Origin: Candidatus Omnitrophota bacterium
GTDB taxonomy: Bacteria > Omnitrophota > Omnitrophia > Omnitrophales > Aquincolibacteriaceae
Reading direction: 5' to 3'
NCBI GenBank assembly: GCA_903884815.1
Contig: CAISGE010000032.1
Span: 5,978 to 69,977 of the forward strand
DNA length: 64,000 nt
The translations under genes were made by a program, and so were the position numbers. The notes below the pieces were generated by a model. The model saw only the letters and a list, made by a program, of their open reading frames with translations, was not told where the DNA came from and did no database searches. Within the stretch, counting starts at the first letter, position 1. Every line of letters begins with the position of its first letter. Below, piece by piece: positions 1 to 9,090 of this stretch.

Positions 1-66
1 TGCGGAGTTTATCACGTGCGATCTCACGACGAAGTATGTCCTGATTAACGCGGCTTACTCCTAGCC

Positions 67-921
67 ATGAAAGAATATATCGCGAAGGCCCAAGCCCTGG
101 TTGAAGCGCTTCCCTACATCCAGAAATTCCGAGGCAAAGAGATCCTCATCAAATACGGCGGCGCGGCTCTGACCTATCAGGAAGTCCGCGACATGGTGCT
201 TCAGGATATCGTGTTCATGAGTTGTGTCGGGATCCGGCCGATCCTGATCCACGGTGGCGGGAAGTTCATCACGGACGCCATGAAGAAAAAAGGCGTTCAG
301 AGCCAGTTTGTGAACGGTCTTCGCGTGACGGACAAGGCGACGATTGAGGTCGTGAATGAAACCCTGGCGGAACTGAACCGCAGCATCGTGAAGGACATTG
401 AACGCCTCGGCGGCTCCGCGGTCGGGCTTTCGGGCTATGATGCGGAGATCCTGAACGTGGTGAAGCACACGGACAATGGCGACGTAGGATTTGTCGGGGA
501 TGTGTCGTCGGTCAATACGGTGGCGCTCAAGGAACTCACGGAATTTGGCAGGATCCCGGTGATCTTCCCTGTCGGAAAAGGGCCGGACGGGGAAATGTAT
601 AACGTGAACGCGGACGAGGCGGCGGCGAATATCGCGGCGGCGATGCATGTCCCGAAGTTCATGGTGCTCACGAACGTCAAGGGCATTCTCCGGGATCCGG
701 CGAATGAAGAGACGCTGATCCCCTCGCTTCATGTGAGCGACACCCAGCAGTTGATCGATCAGAAGATCATTTCCGGGGGCATGATCCCCAAGGTGAAGGC
801 CTGCATCGACGCGCTTCAGGGCGGCGTCCAGAAGGCCCACATTATCGACGGCCGCATCACGCACGCCCTTTTGCTTGAAATTTTTACCGATCAGGGGATC
901 GGGACGGAAATCACGCTTTAA
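67..921 (+). CDS. argB: acetylglutamate kinase
   Basis: 284 aa amino-acid kinase family protein with KEILIKYGGAAL N-terminal region; clean ATG start; first gene of a contiguous arg gene run. Confidence 0.9.
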   Translation: MKEYIAKAQALVEALPYIQKFRGKEILIKYGGAALTYQEVRDMVLQDIVFMSCVGIRPILIHGGGKFITDAMKKKGVQSQFVNGLRVTDKATIEVVNETLAELNRSIVKDIERLGGSAVGLSGYDAEILNVVKHTDNGDVGFVGDVSSVNTVALKELTEFGRIPVIFPVGKGPDGEMYNVNADEAAANIAAAMHVPKFMVLTNVKGILRDPANEETLIPSLHVSDTQQLIDQKIISGGMIPKVKACIDALQGGVQKAHIIDGRITHALLLEIFTDQGIGTEITL

Positions 922-957
922 GAAAACGGGAAACGTTCACCGGGGAACGGCGAACGC
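922..957 (+). repeat. GNAACGG-heptad repeat, argB-argD junction
   Basis: gaaaacgggaaacgttcaccggggaacggcgaacgc. Confidence 0.5.
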
Positions 958-969
958 TTGCGAAATTCT

Positions 970-2193
970 ATGAAAACCACAGACGTTCAAAAAATCTATA
1001 GCGAATTCGTGCTTCCGACTTACGCGGGGCAACTGCCGATCTGCCTCGTGAAGGGGAAGGGCTCGCGCGTTTGGGACCTTCAGGGGAAAGAGTATCTGGA
1101 TTTTTTCCCGGGTTGGGCGGTCTCCGGGATAGGACACTGCCATCCGATGGTCGTGAACGCGATCCGGGCGCAGGCGGGGAAGATCCTCCACGTCGCGAAC
1201 AATTTTTTGAATGTGAAGCAGGCGGAGCTCGCGAAGACGATCTCCGAGGCGTCGTTCCCCGCGCGGGTGTTCTTCTGCAACAGTGGCGCGGAAGCGAACG
1301 AAGGGGCCATCAAGTTCGCCAAAAAGTACGGGAGCGACACGGGGCGCTTCGAGATCATCACCATGAAGAATTCCTTTCATGGGAGGACGCTCGCGGCGAT
1401 GACCGCGACCGGGCAGGAAAAATTCCATCAAGGCTTTCAGCCGCTCATGGAGAAGTTCCGTTACGCAGATTTCAATGATCTGGAGTCCGTCAAAAAACTG
1501 GTGAACGATAAAACAGTGGCCATCATGCTTGAGCCGATCCAGGGCGAGGGCGGGGTTAACGTGGCGAGCCGGGATTTCCTTCAAGGTCTCCGGAAGCTTT
1601 GTGACGAAAAAGATATGCTTCTGATCCTGGATGAGGTGCAAACCGCCATGGGCCGCACCGGAAAGATGTTCGGATACCAGCATTACGATCTTGAGCCGGA
1701 TATCATGACGCTTGCGAAGACCTTGGGGGGCGGGGCTCCGATCGGGGCTTTTGTCATCAATCGGCGCATCAAAAAAGAAGTGCTCATCGCGGGTATGCAC
1801 GGATCGACCTACGGCGGGAACCCGCTGGTGTGCGCGGCAAGCCTTGCGGTTTTTAAGGCGATCAAAAAAGAAAAACTGATCACGAACACGGTCCGGATGG
1901 GAGAACTCCTGGAGCAGGAAATAGAGAAGCTTAAGGCGAAGTATCCCGTGATCGAAAGTACCCGGGGTTTGGGACTTATGCGGGGACTGAAACTCTGCGA
2001 GCCTGCAGCCCCTTATGCCGCTGAAGCACGGGAGCAGGGGCTGTTGATTAACGCGACGCAAGGGGACATTGTGCGGATCATGCCGCCCCTGACCGTTTCG
2101 TCCAAGGAAATACATCTCGCGATGAAGATTCTGGATAACGTCTTTATGAAACTTTCAAAGAAAAGTGAAGGTTGCGCATGTTCCAATCACTGA
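970..2193 (+). CDS. argD: acetylornithine aminotransferase
   Basis: class III PLP aminotransferase motifs (GKGSRVWD..GKEYLDF, LILDEVQT, STYGGNP). ATG at 970 preferred; the ORF-track start at 958 is a TTG. Confidence 0.88.
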   Translation: MKTTDVQKIYSEFVLPTYAGQLPICLVKGKGSRVWDLQGKEYLDFFPGWAVSGIGHCHPMVVNAIRAQAGKILHVANNFLNVKQAELAKTISEASFPARVFFCNSGAEANEGAIKFAKKYGSDTGRFEIITMKNSFHGRTLAAMTATGQEKFHQGFQPLMEKFRYADFNDLESVKKLVNDKTVAIMLEPIQGEGGVNVASRDFLQGLRKLCDEKDMLLILDEVQTAMGRTGKMFGYQHYDLEPDIMTLAKTLGGGAPIGAFVINRRIKKEVLIAGMHGSTYGGNPLVCAASLAVFKAIKKEKLITNTVRMGELLEQEIEKLKAKYPVIESTRGLGLMRGLKLCEPAAPYAAEAREQGLLINATQGDIVRIMPPLTVSSKEIHLAMKILDNVFMKLSKKSEGCACSNH

Positions 2194-3107
2194 TCTCGAT
2201 CAACGACCTGAGCTCCGAAGAAATACGCAAGATCATGGAGCTCGCGGCCAAGGTCAAGGCTCGGCCGCAGGAAGTCCGGGACGCTCTCGAAGGCCACATC
2301 TTCGGTTTTATTTTTGAGAAGCCGTCGACGCGGACCTGGGTGTCGTTCCAGGCCGGCATCTATTCCATGGGCGGCGGCGCGATCTATCTGGGCCCCGAGG
2401 ACATCAAACTCGGCGTCCGCGAAGAAGTCCGGGATGTGGCGCGTGTGCTTTCGCGTTATTTGTCCGGCGTCGTCATGCGTACCTTTTCACATTGGACCAT
2501 CACCGAATTCCAGGATTATTTTGAGAAGCCTGTCATCAACGGCCTGAGCGATCTCGAGCACCCCTGCCAGGCGCTGGCCGATTACATGACGCTTTATGAA
2601 AAGATTCCGGCCGAGAAAAATCCGGTGCTCGCGTTCGTGGGCGACGGGAACAATGTGCTCCATTCGTTGCTTTTGGTGGCGGCAAAGCTCGGTGCTACGA
2701 TCCGTTACGCGACGCCCAAGAAATACCAGCCCAAGCCAAAGCTCCTTGCTTTGGCCCGGCAGATCGCCAAAAAGACCGGAGCCGTGATCGAGGGGTTCCT
2801 CGATCCCGCTGAAGCGGTGAAAGATGCTGATGCGGTCTATACCGATGTTTGGGTGAGCATGGGCGAAGAAGCGATGCGGCAGAAAAAGCTCAAGGATTTC
2901 AGAGGTATGCAGATCAACAAAGAGCTGCTGAAGCACGCGAAGAAAGACGCGCTGGTGATGCACTGCCTGCCGGCGCATCGTGGCGAAGAGATCACCAATG
3001 ATGTGATGGAAAGCAAAAATTGCGTGGTCTTCGATGAAGCGGAGAACCGCCTCCATATTCAGAAGGCTATTTTACTTTATCTTTTTAACCCGGGAGCGAT
3101 CCAATGA
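2178..3107 (+). CDS. argF: ornithine carbamoyltransferase
   Basis: STRTWVSFQ carbamoyl-phosphate binding motif and HCLPAHRGEE; ATG 2178 with GAAGG about 8 nt upstream; overlaps argD 3' end by 16 nt. Confidence 0.9.
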   Translation: MFQSLISINDLSSEEIRKIMELAAKVKARPQEVRDALEGHIFGFIFEKPSTRTWVSFQAGIYSMGGGAIYLGPEDIKLGVREEVRDVARVLSRYLSGVVMRTFSHWTITEFQDYFEKPVINGLSDLEHPCQALADYMTLYEKIPAEKNPVLAFVGDGNNVLHSLLLVAAKLGATIRYATPKKYQPKPKLLALARQIAKKTGAVIEGFLDPAEAVKDADAVYTDVWVSMGEEAMRQKKLKDFRGMQINKELLKHAKKDALVMHCLPAHRGEEITNDVMESKNCVVFDEAENRLHIQKAILLYLFNPGAIQ

Positions 3108-4294
3108 AGAAAGTCGTACTAGCATATTCTGGAGGTCTTGATACCTCTTGCGCGGTGAAATGGCTCGGCGAACAGCACGAGCTGGACGTGGTCTGTTTCT
3201 GCGCTTTTATCGGGGAAGTGAAAGAGAAAGCCCCGCTCATCAAGAGGGCCAAGGCTGCGGGAGCGATCAAGACCTATATCGTGGATCTCAAGGCGGAATT
3301 TGCTCGGGACTATATTATGCCGGCGCTCTGGGCGCACGCGCGTTACGAAGGCAAGTACCCTCTCGCGACGGCGCTCGGACGGCCCATGATCGCGAAGCAT
3401 CTCGTGGATGTCGCCCACAAGGAAGGTGCCGAGTTCGTGGCGCACGGCTGCACGGGGAAGGGGAATGACCAGGTGCGTCTCGAGGTCGGGGTGCGGACGC
3501 TCGACGCGGATCTGAAGATCATCGCGCCTCTCAGGGACTGGGAATTCAAGACGCGCGAAGAAGAGATCGAATACGCCAAAGACCGGAACATCCCGATCGA
3601 TGTGACGAAGAAGAGCATTTATTCCATCGATAAGAACATCTGGGGCATCGCGATCGAAGCGGGGATCCTGGAAGATCCTATGGTCGAGCCGCCGGAGAAC
3701 GCGTACGTGATGACCTGTGCCCCAGGGAAAGCTCCGAAGAAGCCGCGCTATATCGATATCCAATTTGTGAACGGTGTTCCCGTAAGCTTGAACGGAACGC
3801 GCATGCCGTTTGTGGCACTGATCGAAAAATTGAATCTGGTCGCGGGCGAGTACGGCGTTGGTCGTTTTGACATGATCGAGAATCGCCTTGTGGGGATCAA
3901 GAGCCGCGAGGTTTATGAAGCCCCGGCCGCGGATGTGCTGATCAAGGCGCACGAAGAACTCGAAGGGTTCGTGATGGACCGGGAATTTATCCACTACAAG
4001 AGACTTCTGTCCGAGAAATACGCGGAGCTTGCGTATTTCGGGCTTTGGTTCACGCCGCTTAAGAACGCCCTCGACGCGTTCTTCGCCTCGAACCAGTCCC
4101 GCGTGACCGGCAAGGTCCGGTTCAAGCTGGACCGGGGCCACGCGATCTGCGTGGGAAGGGAATCGAAGTTCGCTCTCTATAAAGAAAAACTCGCCACGTA
4201 TTCCAAAGGCGATCTGTTCGACCGGAAAGCCGCGACGGGGTTCATGAAGCTCTGGGGACTGCCGTACGAGGGAATGTATAAGCGTCAGGCGTAA
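3104..4294 (+). CDS. argG: argininosuccinate synthase
   Basis: AYSGGLDTS PP-loop, 396 aa; ATGA start/stop overlap with argF. Confidence 0.92.
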   Translation: MKKVVLAYSGGLDTSCAVKWLGEQHELDVVCFCAFIGEVKEKAPLIKRAKAAGAIKTYIVDLKAEFARDYIMPALWAHARYEGKYPLATALGRPMIAKHLVDVAHKEGAEFVAHGCTGKGNDQVRLEVGVRTLDADLKIIAPLRDWEFKTREEEIEYAKDRNIPIDVTKKSIYSIDKNIWGIAIEAGILEDPMVEPPENAYVMTCAPGKAPKKPRYIDIQFVNGVPVSLNGTRMPFVALIEKLNLVAGEYGVGRFDMIENRLVGIKSREVYEAPAADVLIKAHEELEGFVMDREFIHYKRLLSEKYAELAYFGLWFTPLKNALDAFFASNQSRVTGKVRFKLDRGHAICVGRESKFALYKEKLATYSKGDLFDRKAATGFMKLWGLPYEGMYKRQA

Positions 4295-4358
4295 AGCGTA
4301 CGGAGTACGGCGAAATGATTTTGCGTTACGCCGCACGCCTTACACCGTACGCCGTGCG
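4289..4358 (+). repeat. GTACGG-heptad hairpin repeat (REP-like), argG-argH junction
   Basis: gcgtacggagtacggcg...ccgtacgccgtgcg imperfect inverted tandem heptads. Confidence 0.6.
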
Positions 4359-4371
4359 AACATGAGGTGAC

Positions 4372-5751
4372 ATGATGGCCAAACAAATGTGGGGCGGTCG
4401 TTTCAAAAAGGAAATGCATCCGGCGCTCAAGTGTTTCAGTTATTCGCTGGAGACGGACAAGGAGCTTTTTGACGCGGAGATACGCGTGAACGAAGCTTAC
4501 GCCAAAATGCTTGGGCGGGTCGGTCTCATCACGGTTGCGGAATCGAAGTCGATCCTGACGGGACTCAAGGCGGTGGCAAAGGCTTTCCAAGACCAGGATC
4601 TTGCCACCTATGCTGACCGGTATGAAGACGTCCACACGCTGATCCAGATGGAGCTTGAGAAGAAAGCCGGCGCGGTGGCCAAGAAGATCCACACCGGCCG
4701 GAGCCGGAATGATCTTGTGATCACCTCGACCCGCATCTATCTCCGGGAGAAGATCGCGGTGATCTGGCATGAGGTCAAAGTTCTTCAAAAAGCATTGGTG
4801 AACGCGGCGGAAAAAGCCGGGGATATTCTTATCCCCGGGATGACGCATCTCCGCAAGGCTCAGCCAGTGTTGCTCGCCCATCATTTGCTGGCGTATGTTG
4901 AAATGCTCGCGGAAGACAACGCTCGACTTGCGGATTCCATGAAGCGCGTGAATATCCTGCCGCTCGGTTCCGCGGCGCTCGCGGGTTCCGCCTTGCCGCT
5001 CAATCAGAAATTCCTCGCCAAGGAGCTTGGCTTTTCCGGGATCGCGAAAAATAGTATGGCCGCGGTAAGCGACCGGGGCTCGCTCGCGGAGTTCCTGAGC
5101 GTCCTTTCCATTCTTTGGGCGCATCTTTCCCGGCTCTCGGAGGATTTTATTCTTTGGAATTCCGAAGCGTTCGGGTATGTGGAGCTCGATGACGCGTTCG
5201 CGACCGGCTCCAGCCTGATGCCGCAGAAGAAAAATCCCGATGTGTTCGAGCTCGTGCGCGGCCGGGCCGGCGTGATCTTCGGGTATCTTCAGGCGATCCT
5301 AACGGTGCAAAAGGGCCTGCCTCTTTCCTACAACCGCGACCTTCAGGAAGACAAACCCGGCGTGTTCGACGCCGTGAAGAAAACCGCGACGGCGCTTGAG
5401 CTTTTGGCGCTTGCCGTGGGTTCTGCGACCTGGCACAAAAAAGCGATCCTCCGTTCTCTGGATGACGACAGCCTTTTCGCGACGGATATTCTGGAATATC
5501 TCGTGCGGAAAAAAGTCCCGTTCAGTGAAGCCCATCAGCTTGTGGGCGCGACCGTCCGGAGCGCGATCGAGTCCGAAAAAAGGCTCCGGGAATGGACGGT
5601 CCAGGAATGGCAGAAGTTCTCGCCCAAGTTTGGTGCGGACATTCACGATCTTTTTGATGCCAAGGAGTCCGTCCGGGGTAAGAAAACGATCGGGAGCACG
5701 CATCCCGCCCGGGTGAAGCAGTCGATCGCCGAGTGGAAGAAGGTTTTGTAG
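4372..5751 (+). CDS. argH: argininosuccinate lyase
   Basis: MWGGRF N-terminus, fumarate-lyase signature GSSLMPQKKNPD; GAGGTGA RBS upstream. Confidence 0.92.
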   Translation: MMAKQMWGGRFKKEMHPALKCFSYSLETDKELFDAEIRVNEAYAKMLGRVGLITVAESKSILTGLKAVAKAFQDQDLATYADRYEDVHTLIQMELEKKAGAVAKKIHTGRSRNDLVITSTRIYLREKIAVIWHEVKVLQKALVNAAEKAGDILIPGMTHLRKAQPVLLAHHLLAYVEMLAEDNARLADSMKRVNILPLGSAALAGSALPLNQKFLAKELGFSGIAKNSMAAVSDRGSLAEFLSVLSILWAHLSRLSEDFILWNSEAFGYVELDDAFATGSSLMPQKKNPDVFELVRGRAGVIFGYLQAILTVQKGLPLSYNRDLQEDKPGVFDAVKKTATALELLALAVGSATWHKKAILRSLDDDSLFATDILEYLVRKKVPFSEAHQLVGATVRSAIESEKRLREWTVQEWQKFSPKFGADIHDLFDAKESVRGKKTIGSTHPARVKQSIAEWKKVL

Positions 5752-5837
5752 AAAGCGGAGACGCTCATTTTTTTGAGAGAAATGATTGTCCCAGTGGCTA
5801 ACGGACTGTAATGACGTTAAATGAGTGAGGTGCTGAG

Positions 5838-7115
5838 ATGCCAAGGACTGATTTCCACGAAGAAAAAATGCATGATTTTTATTTCAAAAAAGGTGAGCTT
5901 TACTGCGAAGGAATACGCGTTAGCAAGATCTTGAGGAAAACCGGAACGCCCGCCTATATTTATAGCCACAAAACCTTCACCGAACATCTCGCCAAGCTTC
6001 AAAAGGCTTTCCGCGCTGCCAAACCGCTTATCTGTTATTCCGTGAAGGCGAATTCCAGCCTTGCGGTCCTTCGCGCTCTGGTCAAAAAAGGTGCGGGTCT
6101 CGACATCGTCTCCGGCGGCGAGCTCTTTCGCGCCCGGAAAGTGAAATGCCTCGGAAAAAAAATAGTCTATGCCGGGGTCGGGAAGACCGCTCAGGAGATC
6201 CGGGATGCGATCAAAGCCAGGATCCTTCTTTTTAATGTGGAATCCATTCCGGAACTCGAGCAGATCAATGCGATCGCCGGGAAGATGCGCAAGAAAGTGA
6301 ATGTGTCGCTCCGGATCAATCCCAATGTGGACCCGCACACGCATGAATACATTACAACGGGGAAAGCCGAGACGAAGTTCGGTATCGATTTCGAGAAGGC
6401 TCGCGAGATCTTTATGGACGCGAAGCGGTTTTCGAACGCGCTTGTCTGCGGGGTGCATGTGCATATCGGGTCCCAGATCGAGAGCGGAGATCCTTTTGTC
6501 GAGGCGTTCGGGAAGATCCTGGAGTTTATCGACGAGCTTGAAGCCGGCGGGATCAAGATCAAATTCCTGAACCTGGGCGGTGGCCTTGGGGCGATCTATG
6601 GTGACGAAAATCCTCAGACCGCGGAGGAATTCGCCAAGAAAATTCTCCCCATCTTCCGGAAAAGGAAATTCCAGCTGATCTTCGAGCCCGGCCGCTTTAT
6701 CGCGGCCAATAGCGGGATCCTCGCGACCCGGGTGATCTATGTGAAAGAGACGGATGTGAAAAAGTTCGCGATCGTGGATGCCGGTATGAACGATTTTATC
6801 CGTCCGGCTTTCTACGGGGCCTTCCACCATATTTGGCCGGTCGTGAAAAACGCGAGTGCCCAGTCCTGGGTCTACGATGTGGTGGGGCCGATCTGTGAGA
6901 GCGGGGATTTCTTTGCCAAGGACCGGGAACTGCCGGAGATGAAGGCGGGCGATCCGCTTGCCATCATGACGACCGGGGCCTATGGCTTCACCATGGCCTC
7001 GAATTACAATTCCCGTCCCCGCGCCTGCGAAGTCATGGTAAAGGGCGGAACCTTCAAAGTCATCCGCAAGCGTGAGACCTACCAGGACCTTGTTCGGGGC
7101 GAAAAGACCGCTTAG
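5838..7115 (+). CDS. lysA: diaminopimelate decarboxylase
   Basis: fold-type III PLP decarboxylase; GTPAYIY, CYSVKAN, HVHIGSQ, EPGRFIAA and CESGD motifs; alternative internal ATG at 5866. Confidence 0.88.
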   Translation: MPRTDFHEEKMHDFYFKKGELYCEGIRVSKILRKTGTPAYIYSHKTFTEHLAKLQKAFRAAKPLICYSVKANSSLAVLRALVKKGAGLDIVSGGELFRARKVKCLGKKIVYAGVGKTAQEIRDAIKARILLFNVESIPELEQINAIAGKMRKKVNVSLRINPNVDPHTHEYITTGKAETKFGIDFEKAREIFMDAKRFSNALVCGVHVHIGSQIESGDPFVEAFGKILEFIDELEAGGIKIKFLNLGGGLGAIYGDENPQTAEEFAKKILPIFRKRKFQLIFEPGRFIAANSGILATRVIYVKETDVKKFAIVDAGMNDFIRPAFYGAFHHIWPVVKNASAQSWVYDVVGPICESGDFFAKDRELPEMKAGDPLAIMTTGAYGFTMASNYNSRPRACEVMVKGGTFKVIRKRETYQDLVRGEKTA

Positions 7116-7194
7116 GCGTGCGGCTCCTTTTGCGTGAGAGAACAGAAAACGATCGGATGGACCGGATCTTAAATTTCCGACAAAGGAGATCAAA

Positions 7195-7971
7195 ATGAAA
7201 GTTGTGATCTTGGCAGGGGGCATGGGCTCCCGTTTAAGCGAAGAGACAGATCTGAAACCGAAGCCGATGCTGGAAATTGGCGGGAAGCCGATCCTCTGGC
7301 ATATTATGAAGCTTTATTCCCACCATGGCTTCCATGAATTCGTTGTCCTTTTGGGGTACAAGGGCCATCTCATCAAAGAATACTTCGCGAATTTTTTTCT
7401 GCATCAATCTGATATCACCATCGATGTCTTGCACAACAAGATCGAATACCATAAAGGCGCGTCCGAGCCCTGGAAGATCACACTGTTGGACACGGGTCTT
7501 GATGCGATGACGGGGTCCCGGATCAAGAAAGCCCAAAGTCATATCGGGGAGGCTCCTTTTATGCTGACCTATGGGGACGGTGTCGCGGACATTAACATCC
7601 CGGAACTTTTAAATTTTCACAAGACGCACAAGAAAGCGATCACCGTCACGGCCGTGAGGCCCGAGGGCCGGTTCGGGTCGCTTAAGATCGCCCAGGGCGG
7701 TCAAGTGGTTCAGTTCCGCGAGAAGGTCGAAGGCGACGAGGGTTGGATCAACGGAGGATTTTTCGTCTGTGAACCCGAGGTTTTTGCGGCGATCGGGGAA
7801 GGCGAGTCTGTTCTCTTCGAAGGGGCGCCCGTGGAAACACTGGTTCGGGAGAAGAAGCTGGTGGCTTACAAGCATCACGGCTTTTGGCGCGGCATCGACA
7901 CGCTTCGCGACAAGAATTATCTAAACGATCTTTGGAGCAAGGACCAGGCGGCATGGAAGGTATGGAAATAG
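7195..7971 (+). CDS. rfbF: glucose-1-phosphate cytidylyltransferase
   Basis: MKVVILAGGMGSRLSEETDLKPKPM nucleotidyltransferase N-terminus typical of CDP-glucose pyrophosphorylase; AAAGGAG RBS. Confidence 0.88.
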   Translation: MKVVILAGGMGSRLSEETDLKPKPMLEIGGKPILWHIMKLYSHHGFHEFVVLLGYKGHLIKEYFANFFLHQSDITIDVLHNKIEYHKGASEPWKITLLDTGLDAMTGSRIKKAQSHIGEAPFMLTYGDGVADINIPELLNFHKTHKKAITVTAVRPEGRFGSLKIAQGGQVVQFREKVEGDEGWINGGFFVCEPEVFAAIGEGESVLFEGAPVETLVREKKLVAYKHHGFWRGIDTLRDKNYLNDLWSKDQAAWKVWK

Positions 7972-9062
7972 AGCGGTTGTTCGGAGGCATTTACAAGGGC
8001 CGGACGGTCCTGATCACGGGCCACACGGGATTCAAGGGATCCTGGCTAGCCTTGTGGCTTCAGCAGTTGGGGGCCCGGGTGGTCGGCTATTCGCTGCGTC
8101 CTCCTACGGTTCCGAGCCATAGCGATTTGTTGCGTCTCCCCATTGTTTCGATCACGGGCGATATTCGCGATCGGGAAAAGCTGGAGAAGGTCTTTCTGAA
8201 GTACCAACCCTCGATCGTCTTCCATCTCGCTGCGCAGGCGCTGGTCCTTTATTCCTACAGAAATCCGCGGGAAACTTTCGAGACGAATGTCCTGGGCACC
8301 GTGAATGTGTTTGAAGCGGCGCGTAAGACAAAAAGCATCCGGGCGATCGTGAATGTTACGAGTGACAAATGTTATGAAAACGCGGACCGGATCCCGGCCT
8401 ATCGCGAAGAGGACCGGCTCGGAGGCTACGATCCGTACAGCGCTTCGAAGGCGTGTTCTGAGATCGTGACCTTTGCGTATGCGCACTCTTTTTTTCAAGG
8501 TTGTTCGAAAAAACCGGCAAGCCGTCTCTTGCTCGCGAGTGCCCGGGCAGGAAATGTTTTGGGCGGGGGGGATTGGGCGGAGGATCGGCTTATTCCGGAT
8601 GTGATGCGCGCCGTTAGCCGGAAGCGGAGCGTGCCGATACGTCATTTTAAGGCGACCCGGCCGTGGCAACATGTCCTTGAGCCTCTTTCGGGTTACCTGC
8701 AACTCGGACAAAGATTACTGGACGGGGAGAGGCGTTACGCCGAAGCCTGGAATTTCGGGCCTTCCGATAAGAAAATCTTCCGGGTGGGGGAGGTCCTCGC
8801 TCTTTTGAAAAAGGAATGGCCGGCAATCGCTTATCATCTTGTTACGGACCGCGTTTATCCGGAGGCGAAGATGCTCCATTTGAATTGTTCCAAGGCTCAC
8901 GCGCGGCTCAAATGGCGGCCGGTGTGGGGGATCAAGCGTTGCCTTCAGAAGACCGCGGCTTGGTATCAACATTACTACACGGCGGGCAAGTTGAACAGCT
9001 ACCGCGATCTGAGCGATTATATCCAAGATGCCGGTAAGAAGAAGCTCGCGTGGACGCGATGA
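7953..9062 (+). CDS. rfbG: CDP-glucose 4,6-dehydratase
   Basis: SDR-family dehydratase with VLITGHTGFKGSWLALWL Rossmann N-terminus and YSASK catalytic region; start taken at the ATG at 7953 within the ORF-track frame; overlaps rfbF end. Confidence 0.85.
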   Translation: MEGMEIERLFGGIYKGRTVLITGHTGFKGSWLALWLQQLGARVVGYSLRPPTVPSHSDLLRLPIVSITGDIRDREKLEKVFLKYQPSIVFHLAAQALVLYSYRNPRETFETNVLGTVNVFEAARKTKSIRAIVNVTSDKCYENADRIPAYREEDRLGGYDPYSASKACSEIVTFAYAHSFFQGCSKKPASRLLLASARAGNVLGGGDWAEDRLIPDVMRAVSRKRSVPIRHFKATRPWQHVLEPLSGYLQLGQRLLDGERRYAEAWNFGPSDKKIFRVGEVLALLKKEWPAIAYHLVTDRVYPEAKMLHLNCSKAHARLKWRPVWGIKRCLQKTAAWYQHYYTAGKLNSYRDLSDYIQDAGKKKLAWTR

Positions 9063-9090
9063 AAAACAGTCAGTGCGGGGCAAGGCGAGT

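Noticed and set aside
61-864. Long antisense ORFs opposite real genes (for example 61-864 -, 937-2115 -, 3119-4336 -, 5817-7223 -, 20651-22180 -, 23578-24612 -, 48712-50166 -)
   Set aside because: High-GC genomes generate long stop-free shadow frames. Their translations are Arg/Pro/His-rich low-complexity with no motifs, whereas the opposite-strand genes have unmistakable family signatures.
1071-1478. Internal alternative-frame ORFs inside argD (1071-1478 +) and ftsH-like (26675-27064 +, 26788-27051 +)
   Set aside because: They are fully nested in strongly supported genes, Arg/Gly-rich and without start-site support; typical GC-rich frame artefacts.
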